Assembly: GCA_963714015.1 (NCBI GenBank)
Contig: OY970223.1
Location: 2,112,001-2,176,000 of the forward strand
Origin: Vulcanimicrobiota bacterium
Lineage (GTDB): Bacteria > Vulcanimicrobiota > Vulcanimicrobiia > Vulcanimicrobiales > Vulcanimicrobiaceae
Direction of reading: 5' to 3'
DNA length: 64,000 nt
Shown piece after piece: positions 1 through 11,700 of the stretch (the first letter of the stretch is position 1; each line of letters begins with the position of its first letter). The notes beneath the pieces were generated by a model, which worked only from the letters and a program-made list of their open reading frames with translations, did no database searches and was not told where the DNA came from. The position numbers and the translations under genes are program-made.

Positions 1-2
1 TG

Positions 3-611
3 GCAAACCACGGCTTCGTCGTGCTGTCGTTGAATTACCGGCTGGGCATCGGATTTGGCTACGACTATGCGCATCCCGCCCGCTGGGGGCCGACCGGCGC
101 ATCGGAATATAACGACGTGCTGGGCGCGAACGCGTATTTGCGAAGTTTGCCATACGTCGATGGGAAGCGCATCGGCATTTGGGGCGGCTCCTACGGCGGT
201 TATCTGACGGCGCTCGCGCTCGCGCGCAACTCCGATCGTTTTTGCACGGGCGCCGATTGGCACGGCGTGCACGACTGGTCGTCGGCTGACATTCTGCCCG
301 ATCCGCCGGCGCGCTATCAACTCCAAAACATGAAGCGGGAGCGACGGATTGCGTGGGAATCCTCGCCCGACTCATCGGTTGGAAAGTGGCGCTCTCCGGT
401 GCTTCTGATTCAGGGCGACGACGATCATAACGTGCGGTTTCACCAGACCGTCGACTTGGCGCGCCGGCTGGATCTCGCGCGAGTTCCGTATAACGAACTG
501 GTGCTTCCCAACGAGATCCACGGCTTTCTGCGGCATGCGTCGTTCGTTCAGGCGGATACGGCCACGGTCGATTTCCTCACCGCGCATTTAACCGCATCGG
601 CCTGCCACTGA
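3..611 (+). CDS. S9 family (prolyl oligopeptidase/dipeptidyl aminopeptidase-like) peptidase, C-terminal part; 5' end lies outside the window
   Basis: Frame is open from base 3 (ANHGFVVLSLNYR). Nucleophile motif IWGGSYGGY, catalytic Asp region QGDDDHNV, catalytic His EIHGF. Confidence 0.9.
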   Translation, partial: ANHGFVVLSLNYRLGIGFGYDYAHPARWGPTGASEYNDVLGANAYLRSLPYVDGKRIGIWGGSYGGYLTALALARNSDRFCTGADWHGVHDWSSADILPDPPARYQLQNMKRERRIAWESSPDSSVGKWRSPVLLIQGDDDHNVRFHQTVDLARRLDLARVPYNELVLPNEIHGFLRHASFVQADTATVDFLTAHLTASACH

Positions 612-620
612 AATTTGCGC

Positions 621-2359
621 TTACGGTAACGCGATACGGTAGTAGTCCAGATCGTCGACGCGCATCCGCTGCATGATACCCGCCGCCGGCGTGTCGAAGC
701 GGATCGTCGAGGTGCCCGCGCGGAAGGTTCCGTCGGCTTTTGGAACGAGAGGCGCGCCGTCGACGGTAAGGCTTCCCTTCAACTCGTAGACGCGGCTCGT
801 CGCCGGAACGCCCCATAAACCGAGCGTCTCATAGCGGCCGATGAAGGCATTCCATGCCGGCGGATACGTGAACGTTCGCGGTCCGCTGTAAGCCGCATTC
901 GTGTACCATTGCGAACCTGAAACCACTTCGTCGACCTTGCCGGCTTTGTTGCGCAAAAACGTTAGGCCGTAGATCGCAAATCGCGGATCGTCGACCCAGA
1001 ACGGACCGAAGCGCGGATACAGCGTTTTCGGCCCCGCAGGGCTATCCATTGCCAGCGCCTTGCCGTCGGTGCTAAACGACAACGAGGAGCCGTCGGATGC
1101 GGTAAACGTCCCGGCATAATCGGATGCCTGAGAAACTTGCGTACGCTGCAGATAGTTTCCGATAGCCGGCGGAATCGGGGGAAGCGGTTGTCCCTGGCTT
1201 TGAGCACGCAGTACGGCAATCGCATAAAGCACGATCGCACACGGATGCAGCGGCGATTCGACGAGATTCGACATGGCAATGACGCCGAAGCCGCGCGTAA
1301 CGTCGGCTTCCATGCAGGCGGTATAACCGGCAATTCCGCCGGTGTGGCCGACGATCTTGTCGCCATTTTCGTCGTGCACCGCCAAACCGAACGCATAGTG
1401 CGCGTACAAGTTCGGCGCTTCCGCGAGTTCGGGAGATTTCTGGCCGGCCGGTTTTCCGTTGTTCGTGTCGGGCGTGGTCCACAACGCATAGCTTTCCGGC
1501 GAGATGATCCGTTTACCGGCGTCGTTCACGCCGCCGTTCAGGATCAGACGCAGGTATTTGGCCATGTCTTCCGGCGTCGAGATTACCGAGCCCGCCGGAT
1601 CCTCGAAATCCCCCGGGAACGAGGGGACGAGCTTCGGACTAGGCGGCGTAAGGATGTTCGAATCGTCGAAGACGTAACCGTACGCCGCATCATCCAGAGT
1701 CTCGGGTGTGAATACGGGACTGCTGCGCGTCATGCCGAGCGCGTCAAAGACGCGCGCCTGAACCGAGTCCGCCCACGGTTTGGCGTCGAGCGCCGCTAAG
1801 ATTGCGCCGGCAGTCGCAAGACCGTCGTTGGAATATTCCCAGCTCGTTCCGGGCGGGTAGGTCGTGTGAGCCCGGTGCAGCGCGGCGACGCTGTAGAGAT
1901 ACCCCGGCGAAAACGAGTAGTCGCCGGGAACGCCCGCCGTATGCGAGAGAGCTGGTGCGCATAGATCGTTCGGCCTTGCGAGTCGATGGAGAACCACGGC
2001 AAATACGTGCGCACGGGCGCCTGCGGATTGAAGCGCCCCTGATCGCGCAGCTCCATAAGTGCGAGCGCCGTCATGCCCTTGGTGATCGAACCGATCGGAT
2101 AGCGAGTTTGGGGCGTCACCGGCGCTTTTGCGTCTACGTTCGCATATCCAAGGGTCAGAATGCGCAGCGTATGCTGTTTATCGGTGATCGCCACCGACAT
2201 TCCGGGCGCGGCTTGCTCGAGTAAGGCCTGCGGCGCATAGCTTTCGATCTGCCGCAGCGCGTCGTCAACACTTGGGGCGGCTGCAGCCGCCGGAGGAGAG
2301 AGCGGTAAAAGCGACGCCGCCAAAGCGGCCGCGGCGATACGAATGCACGTGGTACGCAT
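621..2359 (-). CDS. Secreted serine hydrolase (class C beta-lactamase/PBP-like), split by a 1-nt deletion near 1948
   Basis: Signal peptide MRTTCIRIAAAALAA and SxxK motif IGSITK are in one frame; SHTAG, YSN and GHTGG are in the next frame. The expected HQLLSHTAG reads CAG CTC TC TCG CAT. Confidence 0.85.
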
Positions 2360-2450
2360 GCGGTGTTGGTACGGCGCAAAAGGGGCGGCTCCTAGCAGGC
2401 GCAGACAAAATATTGTCAAAGGCGGCAGTATATCGTCGTTTAGAGGGAGG

Positions 2451-4031
2451 GTGTTTTTGGGGAGCGTCGAGGCGCGCTTGGAAGCAGTCTTCAACCAATT
2501 CGACTCGGCGCGCGATCCGGGCTTCGTGGCGGCCGTTGCGCGTCCGGGCGTACCCGATTGCCGGCGCGCAGGCGGAGTCTCGAGCATCGAAAGCGGAGCG
2601 CGCAACGGCGAACAGACGCGTATGCGCATCGGTTCGACCACGAAGCAATTCACGTGCTTGGGCGTGATGCTCTTGGCCGAAGAAGGCTTGCTTTCAATCG
2701 ATGACGATATCCGCGCGCACCTTCCCGAACTTCCAATGTATCCGCGGCCGGTCGCGATTCGGCATCTCATGTCGAATACCGGCGGATTGCGATGCTATCT
2801 CGATTTGATAGGCATCTTGGCGGGTTTCGATCGGGCGATCTCCGCGCAGCGTGCGCGGCGGCTGATGCTGCGTCAGCGCAGCGTCAATTTCGATGCGGGA
2901 GAACGGCTGATCTACTGCAACGGCGGGTATCTGCTGCTTTCGATGCTGATCGAACGCGTTGCGAAGACTCCGCTGGGAGAATTTTTTGCAAAGCGGATCT
3001 TCGAACCGCTCGGCATGACGCGCACGTCATTTGAACCGGACGATTCCAAACTGCTTCCTGAGTCTGCAACGCTGCACCAGCGGCATCCCGACGGTTCCTA
3101 TCATCGCGGCACGATTGGCATCGGCCTGAGCGGAGACGGTGCGATCGTTTCGAGCGTTGAGGACCTGCTGCGCTGGCTGCGGAACATGGATTCTCCGGTA
3201 ATCGGAAACCCCAAAACGTGGTCGGCGATGCTGAGCGCGGGCTCCGATAACGAACACGGGTACGGCTTCGGGTTGATGCACAACGCCTATCGGGGGATTC
3301 GAGTCGTAGAGCACGGCGGAACGGTGTTCGGCGGCCGTTGTCAGTCGCTCAAGGTTCCCGATCACGGCATCGACATCGCAATCATGAGCAACGCGTCGGA
3401 CGTGTTTCCTGCGCAGATAGCCGACCGCGTGCTGGACGCATTGCTGGAGGGCAAGCTGGATTCCGCAGCCGCGCTTGCTTCCGCGCAGAAAACCGGCGCA
3501 TTGGCCGGCACGTTTTATTCGGCCGAAACCGGCGATCTGATGCGAATAGTGACCAAAGACGACGGCGTGTTCATGGCGGGCGAATCGGGCGAAGCGCCGC
3601 TATACGAACTGCCGGAGGGCGGATTTCGGACGAACTTCGCTTCGCTCAGCGTTGCCATACGCGAGGCGAATGGCGCAATCGAAGTTCGGGAAGGCGGCCA
3701 TCGTGCCGTTCTCGGGCGCGTTCAGGCGGAAAGCTGCCAGTCCATCGATCCGTACCGCGGCTTGTACGTAAACGCGGACTGTGAAGCGCAAGCGGCGATC
3801 GACGGCGCAACGACGCCGCGAATGGTGCTCGAGTCGCCGTACGGCTCGACCGCTTACGCGCTCGAACCGCTCACGCAAGACGTGTGGCTTGCGCAGCTTC
3901 AAGACACGTGGTTTCCGCTCAGGCTCCTCGTCGAATTTCGGTCCGGCCCGGACGGCGAGTTGCTTTGGATCACGACCGGGCGTACGAAGCGGCTTCAGTT
4001 CGATCGGCGGCAAAAAGGAGCGCATCGATAG
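2451..4031 (+). CDS. Serine hydrolase, D-aminopeptidase-like (peptidase S12)
   Basis: IGSTTKQF (SxxK), YCN, GDGAIVSSVEDLLRW, EHGG, plus C-terminal beta-domain extensions. Start placed at GTG 2451 after a purine-rich RBS (TTG 2457 is also possible). Confidence 0.85.
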   Translation: MFLGSVEARLEAVFNQFDSARDPGFVAAVARPGVPDCRRAGGVSSIESGARNGEQTRMRIGSTTKQFTCLGVMLLAEEGLLSIDDDIRAHLPELPMYPRPVAIRHLMSNTGGLRCYLDLIGILAGFDRAISAQRARRLMLRQRSVNFDAGERLIYCNGGYLLLSMLIERVAKTPLGEFFAKRIFEPLGMTRTSFEPDDSKLLPESATLHQRHPDGSYHRGTIGIGLSGDGAIVSSVEDLLRWLRNMDSPVIGNPKTWSAMLSAGSDNEHGYGFGLMHNAYRGIRVVEHGGTVFGGRCQSLKVPDHGIDIAIMSNASDVFPAQIADRVLDALLEGKLDSAAALASAQKTGALAGTFYSAETGDLMRIVTKDDGVFMAGESGEAPLYELPEGGFRTNFASLSVAIREANGAIEVREGGHRAVLGRVQAESCQSIDPYRGLYVNADCEAQAAIDGATTPRMVLESPYGSTAYALEPLTQDVWLAQLQDTWFPLRLLVEFRSGPDGELLWITTGRTKRLQFDRRQKGAHR

Positions 4032-4094
4032 ACTCAGCGTGTGACCTCGAACACTATTCCGCTGAAGTAGCACGGCGGGCAGTTGCGACGCAGC

Positions 4095-4548
4095 CTAGTG
4101 CGGCTGGTGAGGGCCGGAAATGACTGCCAGGAGACGCCCTAAATCCTCAAGGTCCGTTTCGTTATAACGGCTAGTAAAATGTTCGCGTATGCCTCGGACA
4201 TGGGTCCGCGCTGCAGCTCGCAGTGTGGTCAACCCCTTATCGCTGAGGCAGACGCGAACAACTCTAGCGTCCTCTTCCGATCGCCGGCGTTCAAGCAGGC
4301 CGCCTTCAATCATCTTGTCGACGAGTCGCGTTAAACCACTCGGCGACATAAGGATACGATGCGCTATGTCGACCATTCGCAGCGACCTTTCGGGTGCTCG
4401 TCTCAGACGTAAGAGAACGTCGTACTGAGTTAACGTCAGCCCGTGCTCCTTGCGCAACTCGTCTTCTAGAGAAGCAAGCACGATGTGCTGCGCATGTAGG
4501 AAGGCCTGCCACGTGTCCAGCCTCCGTTCCGGATAGGCGAGGGCTCAA
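4095..4548 (-). CDS. MarR family transcriptional regulator; probable frameshift near 4530 in the N-terminus
   Basis: LTLTQYDVLLRL, SGLTRLVDKM...GLLERR...DARVVRV..LSDKG. The frame extends upstream as RRLDTWQAFLHAQH. A GGAGG RBS precedes a TTG in the neighbouring frame. Confidence 0.88.
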
Positions 4549-4561
4549 AGTCCTGACCTCC

Positions 4562-4619
4562 ACAATAGTTGCACTAGCAACTGTTTCGTGCTACAATAGT
4601 TTCTCACGCAACTATTGTA
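4562..4619. promoter_or_regulatory. Two tandem palindromic operator boxes (consensus ACAATAGTTGC-N4-GCAACTATTGT) between the divergent marR-like and FMN reductase genes
   Basis: 4562-4587 ACAATAGTTGC-ACTA-GCAACTGTTTC and 4593-4618 ACAATAGTTTC-TCAC-GCAACTATTGT. Confidence 0.75.
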
Positions 4620-4632
4620 CAGGAAATTAAAC

Positions 4633-5229
4633 GTGCCGTCCACAAGTTCCCCCACGCGAATTTTGCCGATTTGCGGCAGCCTGCGACTCGGATCTTACAA
4701 CCGCAAGCTCCTCGAGGCTGCTGCCGCGTGGGCCCCTCAGGGCCTCTCGTTCGAGCCTCTTCTTCCGTTGGACGATCTGCCCTATTTTGATGAAGACTTG
4801 GAAGAGCGAGGCACGCCCGAATCCGTTACTGCTCTATGTCGCCGGGTCGACAATTCCGACGGCTTGTTGATCGCAACACCCGAGTACAATCAGGCGATTC
4901 CGGGCATTCTCAAGAATGCGCTCGACTGGCTTTCACGCAGCACGCCCGAGGTTTTGGAAGGCAAACCTGTCTGCGTAGTGGGAGCCTCGCCGGGGCCGTG
5001 GGGCACGCGCCTAGCCCAATCGGCGTTGCGTCAGCTGTTATACACAACAGGTGCGCTCGTGCTTCCGCCTCCCGCAATGTTCGTCGCGAACTTTTCCAAA
5101 CGCTTAAACGATCGGGAGGAACTCGTCGACGAACGGATTCTCCTTAACCTGGCGCGTCTTATGTCCCGCTTTGAAACGTGGATCGAGCTGACTGGAAGTA
5201 TCACCAAGTGGATGAAAGCGCTATCTTGA
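4633..5229 (+). CDS. NAD(P)H-dependent FMN reductase (ChrR/SsuE-like flavodoxin fold)
   Basis: ICGSLRLGSYNRKL, ATPEYNQAIPGILKNALDWLSR, GKPV..GASPG..G. GTG start after AGGA. Confidence 0.92.
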   Translation: MPSTSSPTRILPICGSLRLGSYNRKLLEAAAAWAPQGLSFEPLLPLDDLPYFDEDLEERGTPESVTALCRRVDNSDGLLIATPEYNQAIPGILKNALDWLSRSTPEVLEGKPVCVVGASPGPWGTRLAQSALRQLLYTTGALVLPPPAMFVANFSKRLNDREELVDERILLNLARLMSRFETWIELTGSITKWMKALS

Positions 5230-5688
5230 ATTATTGCGCGGCCAGTGACGACGCCATGGCGCAGCTGCCTGATCTTCGTGCCCAATGGGCGGCCGAATCG
5301 GGCGTCGATTTGGATGGTCTATTCGCGGGTTGGCGGAATCGTTACGTGGCGTATTTCTCAGCGAAGCGACGCAGTGGAGAAGCTCAGGTTTTCGTCGCAA
5401 GGCTCGAGGGAGCCGTAGTGGGCAACGTCGTCGTGCAAATTGCGGACAGCTATCGGCGCGCAGCTTTCGGAATCCGTACGGCGAAGATCAATGCGTTGTA
5501 CGTTGATCCGGGCTTCAGAGGGCAAGGCGTCGCCAATCGGTTAATGGAGACTCGCTCTGCAATGGGCACGCGAGAACAAGTGCACCGGGGTTCGGCTGCA
5601 CGCAAGTGAGCAGGCGGGACCGCTTTATGCAAAGCTTGGGTTCGTATCCGGCAACGAACTCGAACTCGACTTGAACCACTCCGATTAG
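5208..5688 (+). CDS. GNAT family N-acetyltransferase, split by a +1 insertion near 5550
   Basis: Motif A LYVDPGFRGQGVANRLME. The next frame continues LALQWARENKCTGVRLHASEQAGPLYAKLGF to TAG at 5686-5688. Confidence 0.85.
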
Positions 5689-5776
5689 CGCTGCAATACC
5701 GCTCCCTGCATCGACAATCGCAGTTCGCTGCAAGACCCTATGCCATTCCTCATAAATCTCGTAGAATAGCCGCAGA

Positions 5777-6844
5777 GTGAAGCGGCTCTGGATTCTTCTT
5801 TGGTGGCTAGCCCTAGCGCTCTTCGACGCAACGAGGACCGTCGAGGTCATGCGGTCGGAGGGGATGCAGCACAACTGGCCGGTGCTGTTTGTGATCGAGG
5901 CGTTGGAGTGGCTGCCCTGGGCTGCTGCTACGTGGTTCATCGTCGCGCTCAGGCAACGTCTTCGATCTGCGCCACGTGCAGTGACGTGGAGTGCGCTCGT
6001 CGTGACGGCACTCTGCGCCAACACGGCATTTGCGGCGTGGACGACGTTTCTCGTGGTGACCTTCCGGCCGTTCGGTCCGGATTTCCCGAAGAACGCGTTC
6101 GCGCATTTCGTCAGCGGGTTCGGAGATGGCCTTTTGACGACGATCGTTTTTTTTGCGCTGATCATCACGATGAATAATTTCTTCGAGTCCCGCGAGCGCC
6201 TCGTAAAACAGAATATGGAATTGGCGCAACTCAATGCAAAGCTTGCCCAAGCAGAACTTAGCGCGCTGCGCCACCAGATCGAGCCGCATTTCCTTTTCAA
6301 TTCTTTGAATTCTATTGCCGGACTCATTCGAGAAGAAAGGTCCGGCGAGGCGATCGGCACGCTTGTGAGCCTGAGCGACTTCTTACGTCGCACGCTCTCG
6401 GAATCTAACCGTCAAGAGGTGCCGCTCTCCGAAGAGCTGGACTTCGTCGCGCAGTACCTTGCCACGCAGAAGGTGCGTTTCGCGGAGCGGTTGCAACTCA
6501 GCGTGGACGTGCCGGTGCAACTGCAAAGTGCGGTGGTTCCAAACCTCATTCTCCAGCCGCTGGTCGAGAATGCGATTAAGCACGGCGTCGCCAAGCGCAG
6601 GGAGGGCGGCTCCATACGCATTGCAGCGACCTCGCGAGACAACCGGCTGCACATCAGCATTTCCAATGACGGCCCACCGCTATCTCCCGATTGGGACGTA
6701 ACATCGGCCGGCGTCGGTGTGAGCAACGTCCGTGCTCGGCTACGAGCGCTCTACGGCGATGCCGCATCGTTTGTCATGAACGCGCAAAGCGCCGGCGGCG
6801 CCGAGGTCGCAATTACCGTACCGCTGCGCACCGCTGCGAACTGA
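5777..6844 (+). CDS. LytS/AlgZ-type membrane sensor histidine kinase
   Basis: N-terminal TM helices; ALRHQIEPHFLFNSLNSI; LQPLVENAIKHG; NDG; GVGVSNVRARL. Confidence 0.93.
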   Translation: MKRLWILLWWLALALFDATRTVEVMRSEGMQHNWPVLFVIEALEWLPWAAATWFIVALRQRLRSAPRAVTWSALVVTALCANTAFAAWTTFLVVTFRPFGPDFPKNAFAHFVSGFGDGLLTTIVFFALIITMNNFFESRERLVKQNMELAQLNAKLAQAELSALRHQIEPHFLFNSLNSIAGLIREERSGEAIGTLVSLSDFLRRTLSESNRQEVPLSEELDFVAQYLATQKVRFAERLQLSVDVPVQLQSAVVPNLILQPLVENAIKHGVAKRREGGSIRIAATSRDNRLHISISNDGPPLSPDWDVTSAGVGVSNVRARLRALYGDAASFVMNAQSAGGAEVAITVPLRTAAN

Positions 6845-7575
6845 TGGCGATACGAACGCTCGTGGTCGACGACGAACCGCTCGCGCGGAGCAGCGTCCTT
6901 GCACTGCTCAAACGGGACCCGCAAATCGAAGTTGTCGGCCAGTCGGCCGGTGGGGCCGACGCGCTCGAGGACATCCGGCGCCTCTCACCGGATTTAGTGT
7001 TCCTCGACGTTGAAATGCCCGAATGCGATGGGTTCGACGTGCTCGAGATGCTCGGATCCGCGGGCGGCCCGGTCATTGTTTTTGTAACGGCGTATGACAA
7101 ATACGCCATCGCCGCGTTCGATGCGGGTGCGCTCGACTACGTGCTGAAGCCCTTCGACGACGCGCGATTCCACCTCGCGCTCGCTCGTGCAAAGGAACGA
7201 ATTCATGCTGCGGGATCTTTGCCTGGATCGCTGCGCAATATCGCGATCAAATCGCATGGCTCCGTTTCGTTCATTCCAGTCGAGCGCATCGATTGGATCG
7301 AGGCCGCGGACTATTGTTCGCGCCTTCACATCGCGGGCACAAGGCATCTGCTGCGCCGGAGCATGGCCGATCTCGAACGAGACTTGGAAGGGCTGGATTT
7401 TTGCCGCATTCATCGCTCGACCATCGTGAATCTTTGGCGGGTTAGCGAAGTGGGGCCGGACGAGAACGGCGACTACGAAGTACGCCTCATTGACGGCAGC
7501 GCACATCGCCTTAGCCGCAGGTACCGGCGCGACTTCCAGGCGAGAATAGAGACGTTCAAGATAAACCGGCGCTGA
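6844..7575 (+). CDS. LytTR family response regulator
   Basis: VVDDEPLAR, FLDVEMP, FVTAYD, DYVLKP, FCRIHRSTIVN, LSRRYR. TGATG overlap with the kinase. Confidence 0.95.
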   Translation: MAIRTLVVDDEPLARSSVLALLKRDPQIEVVGQSAGGADALEDIRRLSPDLVFLDVEMPECDGFDVLEMLGSAGGPVIVFVTAYDKYAIAAFDAGALDYVLKPFDDARFHLALARAKERIHAAGSLPGSLRNIAIKSHGSVSFIPVERIDWIEAADYCSRLHIAGTRHLLRRSMADLERDLEGLDFCRIHRSTIVNLWRVSEVGPDENGDYEVRLIDGSAHRLSRRYRRDFQARIETFKINRR

Positions 7576-8526
7576 GCTGAACGACGAGCCGTTCGCCGTT
7601 GAACCGGCTCGCTGCCTTTGAAGTGCGGTAAATCCGCTTCGCCAGGAGGGGTACCGCAAGGTCCACCCGAGTTCGCGTTTCGCCAGCGCATTTGATGCTC
7701 CGCGCGATTCGGTCGCAATCACCACTACCGCCTCCCCGGCGAAGATGCGCGCGAGCCAGCGCGGATAATGCGGCGGTGGCTTTGCACCCAGCAGTCGGGC
7801 CAATACCGGAAGCCATTCGCGCACCGGCGCCGGTTCATCGTCGACAACGTTGTATATTGCAGGCCCATCATGCTCGAGGGCAAGCACGGTTGCCCGAGCG
7901 GCATCCTCTAAGTGAATGAACGATGTTACGCCGGCGCCATCGCCGACGATCGGGAAATGACCCTTACGAATCGGGTCGAGCATCGCGTCGCCCTCGTCCC
8001 CGTACAGCGCGCCATAGCGCAACGCAATGCCTCCGAAACGCGTCACGGCGTCCTCCAGGTATCGCAGTGCATCGAAGGCTTTTCGCATCGCGCGCGGCGG
8101 GGCCGGATCGAGCCGATCCGCCTCGGCTTTCACGGGGCCGCCGATTCGCGCATATCGTCCGCTGGCGTAGCTCTGCGCGACGAATCGCCGTACGCCCCCT
8201 TCATGGGCCGCCGCAAGCAGCGCATCGGTGCCCTCGGTCCGGAGGCGATTCGTCAGCGCGAAACCCTGCTCGAACTTTCGCACGTCGAGATGTTTGAGCG
8301 CAGTCGCTTGGTGAATGATCGCGTCAGGTTTTGTCTCCAGAACGGCGCGCCTTACGGCATGCCCGTCAAGAAGATCGACCTTCATCGGCAGCGCGCCTAG
8401 CCCGCGCACCCGTTCGGCGTTCTGCGGGGATGTATAGGTACCGACGACGTCATGGCCGCGTTCGATCAACTGCGGCACTAGCCGCGCTCCGATTGCACCA
8501 CTCGCGCCGGCAAGAAATACTCGCAT
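7556..8526 (-). CDS. NAD(P)-dependent epimerase/dehydratase-like (atypical SDR) oxidoreductase; 3' end uncertain
   Basis: VFLAGASGAIG Rossmann motif, TNRLRTEGT, SFIHLEDAA, SNALAKRELGW. The frame as given runs 580 nt antisense into the LytTR gene, so the true stop (perhaps TGA at 7556 in another frame) is probably lost to an indel. Confidence 0.8.
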
Positions 8527-8691
8527 GAGCACCTCGTAAACACGCAGCGCGAGCTCGACGTATGTATGTTAAGCATTGCGATGCCCGGCTGCAATAGGCA
8601 AGATTGTCCAACGTTTTGTGGACGCCTATGTTGTGCCGTCGCTGTCCGACCAAGGCGTCCAACCGTTCGAAGGCGATTTTTTTGAGGAAGA

Positions 8692-8722
8692 GCAGACGGC
8701 GAGCAAAGAGCTCGCCGCCTGC
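8692..8722 (-). terminator. Probable intrinsic terminator of the TonB-dependent receptor gene
   Basis: On the minus strand, GCAGGCGGCGAGC-TCTTT-GCTCGCCGTCTGC (13-bp stem with one G-U pair) followed by TCTTCCT, about 20 nt past the stop. Confidence 0.6.
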
Positions 8723-8743
8723 CTATTGAGGAGTGCTATGGAT

Positions 8744-11700
8744 TTACAATCGCCGCTGCAGGTAGAACTGGAATGTCGTTCCTGCGTTGTACGGCACTTG
8801 GAATGGGCCATTGGCGTTCGTTCCCAGGAAGTCGTCGCGCACGCCGGTGAACCAGAGCGCACTGCCAGGATAGGCGGTAGCCAGCGTTCCCGTCTGCGGG
8901 CCGGACACGCCCGTTGCGACCGGCTGGTACTGCTGGTTGGGATACCACAGCCCGTAGTGGTTGTTGAACACGTTGCCGACGTACGCGCCCAGCGTCCACG
9001 GCGTACCGGTTGGCGAATACTCGAGATCGAGGTCGAGCTCGCCGTGAGCCTTCGTGACGGCGTTGCCGGGAAGCGCCGGTTCCGAATAACCGCGCGAAGC
9101 ATCGATATTCGGCGAGAGATAGTTACCCGGATTCGCCGGATCGATGAAGTACGAGGCGTTGTACGCGTTACCCGGACCCTCTGGACCGCCAAGCGGCGTT
9201 GCCGCGCCGAAGTTGGTCTCGGGAATCCAAAGATACTGACCGTTTACCGCGCCGTACGTTTCCGATCCAACGCCGGTCGGGAAGCCGCCGTCGAATGCGA
9301 AGATCGGGTTGATTTTCCAACCGTTCGCGGTCTTCCAACTCAAGCCCAATCGGCCTTGGAAGGGCGGCAAGAATGCGCTGCGATACAATTCGCCGCTTCC
9401 GAACTCGTATTGGAAGAGGATCGGCAGTTGATCGTCGGCATAGTTCGTGTTGCCTTCGCCGACCGGCGGCGTGGACGAGAACTCGCTGATGTAGTTCATC
9501 GTCAAGAACCCGCTCAGGCCGGTCGGCCGATCGGGCGAAGTGAGCATGAACTCGAGCCCCGAGGTTTTTTCAACGCCGTTTGCCTGCGTTGCAAAGACCG
9601 CAGCGGAGGTCTGGCCGGTAATCGGATTGGGCGGAGTGTTTGAGAGAAGCGTGTTTTCTTCGACATTGTAGCCGCGGCGATAGAAGCCCGTAAGCTTCAT
9701 GCTGAAGCCCTTAACCGGGCCGCTTGTGAATTGGTGGGACCACTGCAGATCCCAATTGTTGTAGGTCGGTGGTCCGTACCCGCCAAGATCCGGCGCGTCG
9801 AAGTTCTGGTCGCCCAGCCAGTACAATGAGTCGGCGTAGTTCGGGCATTTGTAGAGATTGCCGGGACCGTTATACGCCGGAGATCCCGGCAGCGATGAGT
9901 TCCAGCCGCTGCCGCAGCCCGGCTGGGCCATGCTGTCCTTCGCGGGCATCTGATTGAAGAATGCCGGAACGTTCGAAAGATCGAACGGCGTTCCGGCCGT
10001 CTGCGCAAAGAAGAAGCTCACGGATCGCCCGTAGGAGAAGCGCAGCGCGTCGTCCGCGCCGATTTGGTACGAGGCGGCAAGACGCGGCTGCACCTCGCGC
10101 GGTCGCAAAAAGTCGTTGCCCAATCGCTGGCCCGGATCGACGTCCGACGGATTCGAAAGGGCCTCGGTGGTGAAGTTGTACGGGTTTTGCCCCCAATCCA
10201 GGCCGTCGGCGTCCAGACGCACGCCGTAGTCCACATGCAGACGCGAATTGACCGTCCATTGGTCGCGCAGCCCGATGCCGGCCTCATGGAAGATTGCGTG
10301 ATGATAATCGATCCCTTGAGTCGGAATGCGCGGCAACGAGCCGATGCCGTTCCACAAGCCGTGCGCCAGCATGTAGCTGTAGATATAGCAGGATCCGGCA
10401 GTCGTCGAGCCCGGGTAATCCGGACACGGATTGCCCGGGCTTACAGGCTGCATCGTGTTGGCGGGAAGATACCAGTCGGAGATGTCGGGCAAGAACGCCA
10501 TCCCGTCCGAGGCAAGACTTGCTTGGTTGACGCCCGCACCGCTGTATCCAAGGGTCTCCGCCGAAAACCACGGCGCCTGGAGGTTCCAACGCGGGAGATC
10601 GTCTTGGTACCGCACGGCGAGCGTGGTGGTGTGGTTCGCTCCGAATTGGTGCGTCAGGTCGATTTCCCCGAAGACGCGCTGGCCGCCCAACGCCTGGTCG
10701 GCTTCCTGGAACGAGCCGTCGTTGTAGGTTTGCGAGATGCTTTGATTATAGAAGTTGGCCCAGTTGGCGTTGAGGAAAGTCGTTGGATTGAGGTTCCAAG
10801 TGTAGCCGAGCTTGTTGAACGTCAGGGGCGTTGCAAAGGTTTGCGCGGCCGACGTCGGCAAAGCATTCGAGGACGGAACGCCGGGAAGCAGATAAACGGT
10901 AGCCGCATACTCCTGCGCCGGTGTTTGAATGACGTTCCCATTCGGGCCGGTCACACCTGGATAGGTAACAACCCACGGCGCCGCCGACAGCGCGTTGTAC
11001 GGATAGAACGTGGCTTGCTGCAAGCCGCCGTAGTTTCCGTACTGGTCCTCGTTCGAGAGGCGCATCAGCCACTGCAGCGACATGTTATTGTTGTGCCCGA
11101 ACCGCAACACGAAATTGTTTTGGAGGTCATCGTGGTCGATGCGGCTGACTCCGAAGTACTGACCGATTGTCGCCGCATCGGCGCCATACGGTGCATATTC
11201 CGGAACTTGGCGCGATCCGTCGTACGATAAGTAGTCGCTCAAGCGGTTGTTCGGGGTCGCCCAGGCGTAGTTCAGATCGAGCTGGTGATCGTAGTAGGGC
11301 GATGAGACCTGCGCATTCAGCATGCCCGTTGCCGGATAGGTTCCGCGCGGCGGCACGATGTTGATAACGCCGGCACCGATGTTGCCTTGTGTCGCGTCGC
11401 CGGAACCGGAAACGACCTGGAGCGATCCGCCGGTCCCGCCGGCGAGGTTGTTCAAATAGCCGCCGGTGCCGTTGGCTCCGCCGCCGCCGTTTCCGTCGAA
11501 GAACGGAATCGTGAAGTTGACGCCGTCGTACTGGTAGCCGAGTTCAACATTGAGCGAACCGCGAACCGTGATGTTGCCCTGCGAATCCAGCATTGCGCCC
11601 GGGGCAGCCAGAATCAGGTTTTGCTCATTGCTCGAGGCGACGTTTCCCAGCGCCTGAGTGATGCGCTGGCCGCTAATCGTCGTCACATCTTGCGTTTGCG

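Noticed and set aside
6994..7555. C-terminal extension of the epimerase ORF antisense to the LytTR gene
   Set aside because: Family similarity ends near 7630; read-through is best explained by a lost stop or indel.
8576..11230. Long + strand ORFs (355 aa and 388 aa)
   Set aside because: Antisense shadows of the TonB receptor, typical of GC-rich DNA; no motifs.
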